The position numbers and the translations under genes were made by a program. A DNA stretch of 64,000 bases from Octopus sinensis (Eukaryota), in assembly GCF_006345805.1 (NCBI RefSeq), contig NC_043012.1, positions 41,354,001 to 41,418,000 of the forward strand, given 5' to 3'. Shown here in pieces: positions 14,300 through 27,426 of this stretch; the first letter of the stretch is position 1; each line of letters starts with the position of its first letter. The notes beneath the pieces were generated by a model. The model saw nothing but the letters and a program-made list of their open reading frames with translations. It was not told the origin of the DNA and made no database searches.

Positions 14300-14490
14300 G
14301 GGAAAGTTTACGAAAAAAACAAAAGACGAAGACAGGTGGTGTACAAAACAAACAGATGTATTAGTATAACGCTCAGGAATAGAAAAAGTATTTTACGTTT
14401 CGAGCCTACGCTCTTCTACAGAAAGGTACACAGAAAAAACAAGGAGAGAAAAAAATGTGTGTAGTGGCTAACGATCTATCATGGCGTCTA
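14300..14490 (-). repeat. Short interspersed repeat carrying a minimal hammerhead-like motif (14391-14424)
   Basis: The minus strand reads CTTT-CTGTAGA-A-GAGC-gtag-GCTC-GAAACGTA-AAA. Same family as 9680-9790. Confidence 0.55.
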
Positions 14491-14767
14491 TCATATATAC
14501 ATATATATGTGTACCCACACATAAACAAACACCCATCCACACATACACACACGCGCACATGTGTATATATATATATACATATGTATATGTACACACACAC
14601 ACACACATACACACCATATATATATGGTGTTAATGTAGGAGATCATTTTTATGCGTTTCTGGCATTAAAGCAGAATAGTTTATAAAACAAACTTTAGTAC
14701 ATAACACAGCTTGAATGTTTAAGAAGCAACTTACGGCATATACTGGAAATGTATAAGCATTTTCATT

Positions 14768-14798
<31 letters not shown>

Positions 14799-14869
14799 CA
14801 CACTCATACACACACATATACATATTATGTGTCTGTGTATATAAATATATATATATATGCAATATTTTC

Positions 14870-15330
14870 CGGACACACATTCCCTCATACATAGATGTTT
14901 AATTATATCAGAGACATACATCCACGTTTCCGGATTCCCGGTCTTTGAAAATTGACTTTCAACTCTTGAAAACGTAGATCGTATAACCCTTGTATTTCTG
15001 TGGATTCTATGTGTAACATTCCTTCGTTGTGGAAAGCTCTCCTTTGAGGTCACATAGAATGATTTAGCAATTTGTAAGGTAACGCTTAATGTGAATGTTG
15101 CATTGGTGTGTATTTACGACTGCTGCGTGTAGATGGCAGAGTTGAAGCTTTCTAGCTAAGAGTAACTAACCTTAACATTGCGCACTTTAAATGTGTATGG
15201 TATTCCAGTATTTCTGGGCAATGTTACTTTATATGGATCAGAAATTCCTTGTTGTGTTCATGGATACGCCTGGGTTAGGAAGGGATTACATCAGATTACG
15301 TCCACTTTTAAATTCTTCCTTGATTTTTGG
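14870..15330 (-). mobile_element. Probable degraded PLE RT-to-endonuclease linker fragment
   Basis: Fragments VIPFLTQAYP...IAQKYWNTI and FPQRRN...VIRSTFS...KTGNP resemble the PLE IPFV.TYHP and P.VAFRR..NL linker. Heavily frameshifted. Confidence 0.35.
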
Positions 15331-15584
15331 TGATGTTTTCAATAAGAAACCCTTGTGCCAGCGGGTTTCTTATTGAAGATTCTTTCGAACAGTGTCTTGT
15401 TTTAACCCGGCTCATGTCCGATGAATAGAGTGGAGCGTGATTTATTTAAAGTAGCTAAGGTTGAAGTTGTTATAGATGTTTATACTTCCATTACTCACCT
15501 TCTTATACAAATAGTATTTGCCCAAAACGTTTGTTCGGTTTTCTAAATGAAAATAGAACACATATTTTAAACAAACTGATTTAT

Positions 15585-15775
15585 TCAATCAATGACACAA
15601 TTACCGTTTTGGTCCAGTATCTTCTGCCATCATGTGGACAGGCCCATTATTTCCTGTATTTACTGGTGAAAAACGTCTCCAGGTGATTTTTTGTATCTTC
15701 TTTGAATACAACCTAATAAGTGAAAATCTAAAAGTGCAAGGTCGGTCGAATATGGAGGCGACAGCAAAATTCCAA
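15585..15775 (-). mobile_element. Mariner (DD34D-type) transposase C-terminal remnant
   Basis: ILLSPPYSTDLALLDFHLL (compare HPPYSPDLAPSDFHLF), then FKEDTKNHLETFFTSK and *WQKILDQNGNCVID*. Confidence 0.75.
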
Positions 15776-15984
15776 GTCAAATACTACTAACCTCTACTGC
15801 TTCTTCAAAGAAATGTGCACTCTAGAGGTCACAGCCCATGGATAACTAGCCCATAGATTTAGGAAAGCTCTAAAGGAGATCAAACTTGACATTAAGATTG
15901 TTGAAAAGCCAGCGAACTCCGTAGGTCGTACTCATTTGAGAATAACATATGCACGAATAATTAATGCATAGTATGTAGGATTAG

Positions 15985-16290
15985 CCCTGGTATTAACTGT
16001 AGAACTCGAAATGTAGTTTACAGCATAAGATGCATAGAATGTACTTGTAAAGACATGAACATGACATACATAAGGGAGATATCTAGGAGCATTGCGGAAC
16101 GACAAAATGACCACAAATAACAGTCTTCCATACTCTACCAACATGCCAAGGACCAACATGGCGGCAACCTGGGTCAACTTGATATCCGTATCTTATCCAA
16201 GCACCCAACGGACCCAACACTCAGACAAATACAGGAGTACGTCTTCATACATGAAACTTCCCCAATACTAAATAGGGAATATACGTATTA
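15985..16290 (+). mobile_element. PLE GIY-YIG endonuclease remnant
   Basis: INCRTRNVVYSIRCIEC...TYIREISRSIAER, and in another frame LDIRILSKHPTDPTLRQIQEYVFIHETSPILNR. Confidence 0.7.
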
Positions 16291-17371
16291 GATATCAAAC
16301 CCCCATACCACAGTTTATGCAGGTAGAGTAGAATAGTTAGTGGGCTGTTATGTAGAAAGATGTATGTATGTGTGTGTCGGTGTAAGTATACATGTATATA
16401 TATATATGCACATGTATGTAAGCATATGGATATGAAAGTAAACAGATAGATATACAGATGGGGAGGTACATAGGTTATATGAACAGACAAGCACACATAC
16501 ACACACATACAGACATGAAGACTGAAAAATATTACCATACGTACACACACACATTTCATTTCACACAAGGATACATATGGAGACACACGTTCGCACATAC
16601 ATAAAAACACACAAGCATACACGCACAAACACATGATAATCCAGAAAACATACATACACATGCACACTCATACACATGCATAGAGACATATGCATTCATG
16701 CATACATGCATATATACATACATACTTACATGCATACATACATACGTGTGAATGCACAAACACACATTGATTCACACACATGCGCACAAACAAACAAAAA
16801 GGAACGCAGTGTGAGTAACGGACGGAGTCAAGACTATTGAAATGGTTGCAAGACGCAACGAAAATTTTAGGAAAATAAAGAAGGAAATGAGTGGAAATTT
16901 TACCGGTGAGAGTGTTACATTATAAGTCACAAAAAGAAAATGACTCTCTCCAGACACAACAGAATATGCTTCAACACACGAACTCACATAAAGAATCTTG
17001 CAAACCAAATCCCAAAACGAACGAACAATATATGTATATATCTATATATATATTCTATATATATATATTACTATTAAAAGGGATGTAGCCTTTTTCTCAA
17101 CAGAAAAAAACTCCATCAGGAATTGTGGCAGTATATTAAAAGAACCTTTACGATTAAAATCATAAATGTTTTATAAGCAAGGGCTAAAGAAAGTTTTCTA
17201 AAGCCAATATACTGAAATCCACGTTTAATCTACTTGCTACAAAAATAATATATATACATATATATATATATATACACATATATGTATATAGTATATGTAT
17301 ATATGTAAATATATATATAATTTTAATATATGTATATGTATATATGTATGTTGTATATTGTGTATATATGT

Positions 17372-17415
<44 letters not shown>

Positions 17416-17458
17416 TATTACATATACTCATACGTACACATTTGCAGGCACACACACC

Positions 17459-17493
<35 letters not shown>

Positions 17494-18082
17494 GCACACA
17501 ATAATCTTCCTTACGTTTTTCGTCTCCGAAATTTGACCCTGAAGATTGTCAGCAACCCAAGGGGAAAAACCGGTTCCGCGTTTTTGCTGTCAGTGAGATT
17601 GAACCTGGAACGGATAGTTCGTTTATTGCACTTCTGAATCCTGTTTGTATCTGAATGTCGATATTGGTATCTATGGTCGTGGTGATAGTCATCAGAGTTT
17701 TGTTGGTGATGTCCATGATGATGGTGATGTGGCCGTTGGTAGTGTTTGTGGTGGTCATTTTTCTCTTGGTGTCTGCCGTGGTTGTGGTTGTGGTGGTCCG
17801 TTGTGGTAGTGGTGCTAGTTGAGGTTGTTTTATTGGTAACGCTGTGGCAGTGGTTGTTGTGAATACGGTGGTAGTGTTCGTGGTGGGGGGAAAAAAGGGT
17901 GATATATATATGTATGTATGTAAAAGGCAAATTTTTAGATCAGAGTGTTTGAGTCATTAATCTTTAATCTTGTTGATTTGATTCCCAGAATGAGTGACGG
18001 AATCAAACTACACGTGGGGCTTTGATGTTTTGGAAGATAAATAATTCCTTGGAATTCTAAGCAATCAAATACAACAGCAACA

Positions 18083-18117
<35 letters not shown>

Positions 18118-18371
18118 CAATACTACGATGATATTGAAAAGAATTAATTCTATGCGAAAATCTTACAGTTGAAACAAAAACTGAAGCCACAATACCGTAG
18201 AAATGATAAAAACAACAACAGCAACAACATGTGCAACAACAACAACAACAACATAAATACAAGCACGAGAACAGCAAAAGGAGTTTGAATTATTAGTGTT
18301 GTAAGGTGGAATGCTTTAAATAGTTAACTCTTGGAGAAGAAGAGAATTAGAAAAAGGAGAGAGGGGAAACT

Positions 18372-18408
<37 letters not shown>

Positions 18409-18477
18409 CAGAAGGGGAGAAAAAGGAGAGGGAAAGAAGGAGAATGAATCGGAGGAAGAAAATGAAGAAAAAGAGAA

Positions 18478-18479
<2 letters not shown>

Positions 18480-18528
<49 letters not shown>

Positions 18529-18812
18529 AAGAAGAAGAAGAAGAAGAAGAAAAGAAGTAGGAGAGGAGGAGAAGAAGAAGAAGAAGAAGAAGAAGAAGGA
18601 GAAAGAGAAGAAGAAGGAGAAGAAGATGGCGTCGGCGACAACGACGAAGAAGTAGAGGAAGGAAAAGAAGGGAGAAGGAGGAGGTGGAGGATGATGGTGA
18701 CGGCGACGGCGACGACGAATGAAGAAGAAGAAGAAGAAGAAGAAGAAGAAGAGAAGAAGAAGAAGAAGAAGAAGAAGAAGAAGAAGAAGAAGAAGAAGAA
18801 GAAGAAGAAGAA
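18480..18812. repeat. Compound (TAG)n/(GAA)n purine-rich microsatellite
   Basis: Visible directly. It is the source of several homopolymeric ORFs. Confidence 0.9.
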
Positions 18813-19088
18813 TTGTGGTAAAAGACAAAGAGAGAAAGAAGAAACACTTTAAAGGAAAGAGCGTTAGGAATGATGGAACGAAAATTCTTTATAAATCATC
18901 AAATCCCTTTTCTATTTCCTTTCAAAATGATAATCAAATCACATCAGAAGAATTTGCTTTACCATTCTGATTCTGTAGATTCATGTCTTTAGAGTTGGTT
19001 TATTGCTGATTTTCTTTCCACTATAAGCATCAGTCTCTACCTTTTGGATCGACCACCTGTGGTTATACACAACATTATATACACAAAC

Positions 19089-19160
<72 letters not shown>

Positions 19161-19164
19161 TCGG

Positions 19165-19258
19165 AGTAAGCACATTAACAACGACGGGAACGTGAAACTC
19201 GAGTTACAATTTTTCTTATATTCAGCTGCTTTTATATAAGTATTATATATATATATTA

Positions 19259-19295
<37 letters not shown>

Positions 19296-19522
19296 CCCGG
19301 AGTAAACACATAAATGTGAAACAAGGTGGAAAAAAAGTACTCAAATACCAGTGATAGAGTAATATGCTTTATTTAAAGCAGCAGAAAATTCAACAAACCT
19401 GTTACTCTGAGTTTCCCGTTGCCGTTCATCGGACAGTTTTTGCTAGAATGTTGATTCATCTAGCAAAAACTGTCCGATGAACGGAACGGGTTTTGTTGAA
19501 TTTTCTGCTGCTTTAAATAAAG
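19165..19522. mobile_element. PLE-like short repeat with a hammerhead-like motif and an inverted (fold-back) terminus
   Basis: 19367-19447 and 19459-19522 are inverted copies, the right arm internally deleted. The minus strand 19440-19397 reads AAAACTGT-CCGATGA-ACG-GCAA-CGG-GAAA-CTCAGAGTA-ACAG. Confidence 0.6.
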
Positions 19523-19714
19523 TATATATATATATATGTACACTTATAAATATGTATATATACGTATACACTCACATATATATAGTGGTTATTTCTCATT
19601 TTAGATCTGATTTGTTGTATAAATAATAAACAAATGCGACTGGGACTCATCTCAAAGAGAATTAACCTTTTGCCGGGATATGTATCCGTGTATATATATA
19701 TATATATATATGTC

Positions 19715-20397
19715 CTGCCCGCCAAATTTGGTTCTGGTGTTCGCTGAATTCTTCCTCTAGAGAATTCCCCTTGTAGTTTGATCGTTTATGATCTATTTCT
19801 AGCATTCTGGCCGGCTACCTAGCAGGCCAGCCCTGCCAATATACACATATATTTGAATTTTCTCTGACTCCTCAGATTTTTTGAATGCTGGACTACTGGT
19901 TTTAATGATATTGAAATTAATATTAATTTATCTCCCTCATTTTTAAATATTTAAATAAATACGTTCCTAGCAGTAAGCTTTACCCGCAATGAATATTCAC
20001 TGCAGCCCTTCGCTTCAGGAGTCTCTTAGCGCGCCGGAACCAAGACATTTGAAATTTTATTCCCGATGTAATCAGTAACACTAAGCACGTGTCTGTCTTG
20101 ACACGGAGAGCTGGGGTTAGTCTTGCGGTTTGCATCTCGAGGACCGAATGTACTGAAGAAGTCACGGACACTTGAATTATGCAAGTAATTCTTTTGTTAA
20201 GACCGAAACCGAGGTATGCATTTAAGTCTGTTTTTTATTTAATTTTTCATATGTCTGCCCGCCAAATTTGGTTCTGGTGTTCGCTGAATTCTTCCTCTAG
20301 AGAATTCCCCTTGTAGTTTGATGTTTATGATCTATTTCTAGCATTCTGGCCGGCTACCTAGCAGGCCAGCCCTGCCAATATACACATATATTTGAAT
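19715..20397 (+). mobile_element. Element with ~145-bp direct repeats spaced 540 nt apart (19715-19858 and 20255-20397)
   Basis: CTGCCCGCCAAATTTGG...ATATTTGAAT is repeated almost identically with a 1-nt indel. The interior is non-coding and contains a hammerhead motif. Confidence 0.8.
20147..20222 (+). ncRNA. Type-I hammerhead-ribozyme-like motif, predicted cleavage after A20216 (GUA)
   Basis: Stem I AATGTA/TGCATT (6 bp, one G-U), CTGAAGA at 20153-20159, stem II GTC/GAC with an A.C closing mismatch and a long loop, GAAA at 20205-20208, stem III ACC/GGT, then GUA. Confidence 0.6.
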
Positions 20398-20906
20398 ATA
20401 TAATATATATATATATATATTATATATATATATATATCTGTGTATGTGTTTGGTTTTATTTTGGGATTATTTCATTTGTTTTTGGTTCGTTTGTTAGCTT
20501 TGTTTTTACTCTTTCATGTTTTATAAACGCCGTTTACATCTGAATATACTCAGCTTCCCCGTAATTAAGTATAACAAACATGTCTCGTCTTTTTTTTCTC
20601 ATCTAAATCCGTCATCTTCTTCATCGTTATCGTCTGTCATCATCATTGTTGTAACCTTTTGTTCCTCTTGTATATAAGACCAGTATTATACTGACGCGCG
20701 CGCGCATATATATATATTATATATATATTGATACATAGACATATGCACCTACATATAAAAATATATGTTATGTATACATACATATATATATATATATTTG
20801 TGGGTGTGTATATGTATGTATATTTATATATATGTGTGTGTGGGTGTGTATATGTATGTATATATATATAAAATGCATTATATATATTACATATATATAT
20901 ATATAC

Positions 20907-20939
<33 letters not shown>

Positions 20940-20971
20940 TATTATATTATATTATATATATATATATTATA

Positions 20972-21012
<41 letters not shown>

Positions 21013-21709
21013 TTGAATGTGGATTCGTCATTTAATGGTTGTTTCGAAAAAGGATTTCGAATGTTCATTCATCATACTTACTGGGAGTTTACAGGTGTAA
21101 ATTTGCGAAGATATGTAAGTAGTACTTGTATATAACGTATGGTGAATTTATGGAACTCCATTCCATAAATTTACCATACGTTATATATAGTGGCTTAGAG
21201 TATTCGATTCTCATCGGTGTATTGTATTCTTCGGCAAGATACTCTATTTCACATTGCTTCAGTCGGTTTATCGTTCAAAAAGGAGTTATCACATTCTTTT
21301 TTGTCACACTGAATCTCCCCGAGGATAGCCTGGGTGTACGTGTGACCCCTGAGTGTCAACCACTTGCATGTTAAATTTCAGGAGTAGCCTCTTTTGTCGG
21401 TTGGATCACTTGAAACAATTGTTGTAACTGACAGTTTGCCAGCCGATGTATATATACACACATATATGCACATATGTGTCTGTGCGCACGCCTGTGTGTA
21501 CTTAAAATACGTACTCGATATAGCATAAGCAAACTATATTATCGATATTCACAAATATTTACCCAGTGTTTCTCGGTTGCAATCTCTCGACGATAAGGAA
21601 AAATGAAACGTAAGTCATACGTTTAAAATGGAAAAGAAATTATTCAATAACTAAACAAGCTTCCATTTGAAATTGTTAGATGTGCACGAGATTTTGATTG
21701 GGCTCTCTT

Positions 21710-21936
21710 ACTCTTTTTTACTCTTTTACTTGTTTCAGTCATTTGTGGCCATGCTGGAGCACCGCCTTTAATCGAGCAACTCGACCCCGGGGCTTATTCT
21801 CTTGTAAGCCCAGTACTTATTCTATCGGTCTCTTTTGCCGAACAGCTAAGTAACGGGGACATAAACACACCAGCATCGGTTGTCAAGCAATGCTAGGAGG
21901 ACAAATACAGACACACAAAGACACACACGCATATAT

Positions 21937-21979
<43 letters not shown>

Positions 21980-22110
21980 GATGGGCTTCTTTCAGTTTCC
22001 GCCTACCAAATCCACTCACAAGGCTTTGGTCGGCCCGAGGCTATAGTAGAAGACACTTGCCCAAGGTGCCACTCAAGGGGACTGAAGGTGCCCACGCAGT
22101 GGGGCTGAGC
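21710..22110 (-). mobile_element. tRNA-derived SINE, family A, with an internal (TA)/(CA) microsatellite
   Basis: TTTACTCTTTTACTTGTTTCAGTCATT...CCATGCTGGAGCACCGCC...CCACTCACAAGGCTTTGGTCGGCCCGAGG...CTTGCCCAAGGTGCC. Four or more copies occur in the window. Confidence 0.85.
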
Positions 22111-23250
22111 GTATAATATTATAGTTTTACACAATATAACATTAAAAATGGAAATAGATATTTTGGCAATGTTGGGATTATTTCAAAGATAAAATATCAA
22201 ATGAGAGCAAAGGCGACAAACTCCGAATTTAAAATATTTTGGGTTAAATGTTGCAGATTTTAAGAAGTACAAATCCAATGATCAGAAACAACGTCATAGG
22301 ATATTCTGCCTGAGGATTAAATTTTCGTCCGTCCTTCTTTCTTTGTTGTTAGTGACTTCATAAAATTCAGTTATTTCCTCTTTCTCAGAATACCTAGACT
22401 TAATTGCATGCTTATGTTTCATGTTTTTAAAAAATCAAATATTTTGAAAGTTATGTTTATAAGACACAAGTAGAGCAAAGCCTCCAGTTATTCAGAAGTT
22501 ATCAATTGTATTTTATTTCAAACAAATAACAATTTAGTCTCTAAATATTTCAAGAACATTGCTCTAGTCATGATAAATCTGTAATTAAGACAAAGCAGTC
22601 GCCAGTTTCAGAAATATTTTTCTTTGAGTTGACTGTACGGCAGAGTAGAACAAAATCATTTTAATCAGCGTCGAGATGAAAATAGAAGAGGAATTAAATG
22701 AATGTCTTTAATCTAAATGTTGTAAGCAAAAAACAAAAATTGTCCAGTTGTTTTCGCCTTCTCCTTCCATATACCCACGAACAGACAGATAGATATTGCT
22801 ATACAATACACTTCATGAACACTTAAATTCTCACAAGAAACATAAATCATTGGTGCGCGCGCGCGTGTGTGTGTGTGGGCGTTCTGTTTTACTCTCTTAT
22901 AAATCCAGCCGAATGTTTTCAGCTTTACAGAAGCAACGCCATGTTATTGGGTTTTTTGGTGAATGAGGGAAATTAAAACCGCTGCCTTCAGTTGCGTCTT
23001 TCGCTGCAAAAAAATTCCATGTTAAATGTCACATGGTTGGACATTTGTTTTTAAATTCACTTATCTTCCGTTCGAAGATTTCTCAGGTTCGTTGGAAACA
23101 TAAAAATTGCTGCGTGCCATTGAACCAAAGAAATGATTGCGGAATCTGGTCCTAAATTTTGATCGGAACAGTAAGGACACCACTACGTTGTAGAGGCAAC
23201 AAGTTCGCTGATCTGAGTTTCTCTCAATACCCATGTTTTGTGCTTCTTTA

Positions 23251-23619
23251 TCTCTCTCTATATAAACGGCAGTTTGTGTGTGCGTGTTTCTGTGTGTCTG
23301 TTTGGTTGTACCCTCACCCTTACCACGGCTTTCAACCGATTCTGATGAAACTTGACACACACATAGCCCAATGTCATAATTCAAAAATAACGCAGCGAAA
23401 ATTTTGAAAAGTTTCCCCAGTTCTGAAAAAAATCGATAAATTCGACGTGGGGTCGAGAATTAGAAACACAAACCACAGACTGTCTAGGGGACGCAACTCG
23501 ACCTTTTTAACTAAAAAAAAATACCATAATTTTTTTTCCATTTTTTGGCTATAACTCTCTAAAACTGCTTTATAGTTATTTCCCTTACAAACCCGAGCAA
23601 CGCCGGGCGATACTGCTAG
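23251..23619 (+). mobile_element. Non-autonomous Helitron-type element
   Basis: A|TC start at 23251, an internal (GT) microsatellite and CAACCGATTCTGATGAAACTTG, a subterminal hairpin CCCGAGCAACGCCGGG, and a CTAG|T end at 23619. Confidence 0.7.
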
Positions 23620-24127
23620 TATAAATATAAAAGATAGCTTCCCCGATTTCGGAGCAGGGAATGGGGAATCAACGGTGTCTTAGATGTTGCATTCAAGTTA
23701 ATGTTTTTGCTTCTAACCTCTCCATTACTCTAAAACTGTTTGACTACTATATCTATTAGTAAAAGTCCAGTCGGATGAGGACAAATATATTCTCCACAGA
23801 ACCACCTTGATGTTCTGATCCCTCCGGTTATGACTGATCTTAGGACACCTCCGACTAGCATTGTGCAAATGGAGGTCATCTTAGTAATTATATATGAAAT
23901 GAGACATCATTACTAATGTATACTTTCAGCTTTAAATAGCAAAACCTTCCGACTCTTTGTATCTTGCAATGCGTCTACTGACGTCTGGTGAAGTGCCCCA
24001 AATTTTCCACCATTGTATGCATATATTATATACATAAATATTTGTGTGTGTATATATACATATATGTGGGTGCATGTATGAGTGTATCTATGCATCTCTC
24101 TCTCTCTCTCTCTCTCATCTCTCTCTC

Positions 24128-24171
<44 letters not shown>

Positions 24172-24865
24172 TTATTATATATATATATATATGTATATAA
24201 ACATATATATATATATGTTTATAATATATATATATATATATATATATACATACACACATGCACCCACACACACACATATATAATATATGTATGGATACAT
24301 ATAGCAAATAAGAATGTGGAGAGGATACAAAATCGACAGATATCAACCGGTAAACATTCTAATATTTCTATTTATTCCAATGTATTAGATGAATACATAC
24401 ACATGTATTAGTAGTACAGAAAGAGCAAATGAGCAGATTGTCAGTGGGTGCTACTTTCTTACGGCCGTTTCTGCAAAGGGGCAACGAAATCCTCAACGTT
24501 ATTCCATCTCTTTAGTGTTCTGCATATTTATGTACATATATATATATATATATATATCATAAATATATATATATATATATATATATATTCTATCTATACA
24601 TTCAGCGAAATTTAGATTCATATGAATATGGTAATTAAGTTAGATGCCAAGAATTTTGTACGGTGTTATCCATATAAATCCATGGGGTGATTATAATCAA
24701 AATAAGCAACAAGAATATCTTCGGTTATTTGGCACGATCATTTCACGCTATATCATGTTATTAAATATTGTAAGTATTACAACAGTTTTAAAATGTTGAG
24801 AAATCATCAGCCATTTATAGGGGCTTTCCATCAATCATATACTTATTTTCATGTTAAATATGAGT

Positions 24866-24909
<44 letters not shown>

Positions 24910-26059
24910 ATATATCAATATATATATATATATATATAATATATATATTATATTATACATATACATACATATTTACAATATAGGTATGTATGCGTATGAA
25001 ATTGAGAGTGTGTGTGGAAATACGGTTCTGTATCCACCTCTGTAGTATCGTCTTTTAGTTATTTACTATATATCTAGTATATCAGTGTATCTAGGACACT
25101 ACTGTTTATTGTTCCCATTTTTATAGACGGTATTATATTTTTGTCATCAGGTCAAGCCAGCAGTCAGAGAATATTCGTTGAGGACATAACAATCACCAGC
25201 GTCTGCTCAATAGGGGCATAAGTGCACATAGGGTAGTTTGTGTGTGTGTGTGCCTGAGCAGGAGAAAGAGAGGGAGAGAAGAGGGGGAGTGAGAAAGGTT
25301 TGAGAGAGAGAGTGGAAGAGGTGAGAGAATGAGAGATAAGAGAGAGGGAAGAGACGGAGAGTGGTTAGAAGAGGTGAGAGAGGAGAGACAGTGAGAGAGA
25401 AGAGAAAGATTGAGACAGTGTCACCACCACTTTTATATCTCGAAACAGAAATATGACGGAATGATAGCAATTCGTGGTTGAGAGTTGCTCCATAAGACAG
25501 AGAGAGGGAGAGAGAGAGAGAAGGAGGTAGGAAGAGAGGGAGAGAGATTGAGAGATTGAGACATTATTGGCTGACTTATGAAGAACATCATTTATATTTT
25601 TAAATAGAAATATTGACAGAATGATACCAATCTTGGTAGAGAGTTCCTCCATAATAAGAAGAACTCTGAATGATGTCGATATATTAATCCCCCGGATTTG
25701 AAGAACCAGAGAAGCAAATTGATTCCAGACAAAATATAGAAGACTTACAAAAATCAACTGAGCTTAATCTTTTACTAGATTAATTTATTATTTGAAGTTT
25801 TTAAACAAGGAAGTTAATATTTGGGAGATTCTTAGCTTTGATGAATGTAAATAAAAATACACTATAAGCTGCTTTACGGTTTAATATGTACGACTTGTGC
25901 TGAGCCGCAACTTTCACAACCTTCCAACAGAAATGTTTCATCGCTTAATCTTCTCATTGAAAAATCATGTTTGGAATGATTTTTCTATTCGACGGCGAGT
26001 TTGTTTGTGGATTGTGTATTGCCTTCCATTTTACCTCTTCTCCCTTCGTAGTTTGTATT

Positions 26060-26290
<231 letters not shown>

Positions 26291-26291
26291 A

Positions 26292-26351
<60 letters not shown>

Positions 26352-26400
26352 TTATAGATATATGTAAATATATATGTTAACACAAACACACACACCACAC

Positions 26401-26467
<67 letters not shown>

Positions 26468-26564
26468 CACGCACAAACTATTTAATTATACAAATATATA
26501 TATATGTATACTTATCTTGTTCAGATTATTTAAACTGAAAATATGCACAAAACTATGTGTACAT

Positions 26565-26623
<59 letters not shown>

Positions 26624-27060
26624 AGATGAATTCTTTTCATTTTGGCTCATCTTTCAAATCGCTGAAAATTCCTGGTGAACGTTCCATTATTTCAGCCTTT
26701 AATTCTGCTTTCATTCGTTTTACATTTTTTCCGTGGCTGTTTCATTTTCCACTTCGTTCATTTTTCTATCTTTCACGAGTCGATTCATCGTATTCTTTTT
26801 TATTTCTCTCTCTATAGGATTCCATTAGTGTTAACCAGAAAATTGTTTTTCTGAAGTATTTATCTACATATATCGTTTTTACCTCTCGGTGATAATAACC
26901 AGTTTTCCTAAGCCCTGACAGGTTTCTTCTAGAATTTTCATTGCTTACAATTTACTCACCAGCTGCTTCCATAGTCTTCTTGTAATAATTTGTTGGTTAT
27001 GTTACTTATTAATACCGCTTGGCTAAATCTATCATTCTCTCTACATCATAACATAATATA

Positions 27061-27426
27061 GGCTTTTACTCTTTTACTCGTTTCAGTCATTTGACTGTGA
27101 CCATGCTGGAGCACCGCTTTTAGTCGAGCAAATCGACCCCAGGACTTATTCTTTGTAAGCCTAGTACTTATTATATCGGTGTCTTTTGCCGAACCGCTAA
27201 GTTACAGGGACGTAAACACACTAGCATGGATTCTCAAGCGATGTTAGGGGGACAAACACAGACAAACAAACATACAGGCACACACACACACACATCAGTC
27301 TATTAAATCCACTTACAAGGCTTTGGTAGGCCCGAGGCTATAGTAGGAGACACTTGCTCAAGGTGCCACTCAGTGGGACCGAACGATGTGGTTCGTAAGC
27401 AAGCTACTTACCACACAGCCACTCCT
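27061..27426 (-). mobile_element. Family A SINE
   Basis: Same sequence as 21710-22110, and includes the head (CTTACCACACAGCCACTCC). Confidence 0.85.

Noticed and set aside
17511-17930. His/Thr-rich ORF resembling a metal-binding protein (similar cases at 32943-33179 and 45360-45800)
   Set aside because: Degenerate GGT/GAT trinucleotide repeats with no splice or start context.
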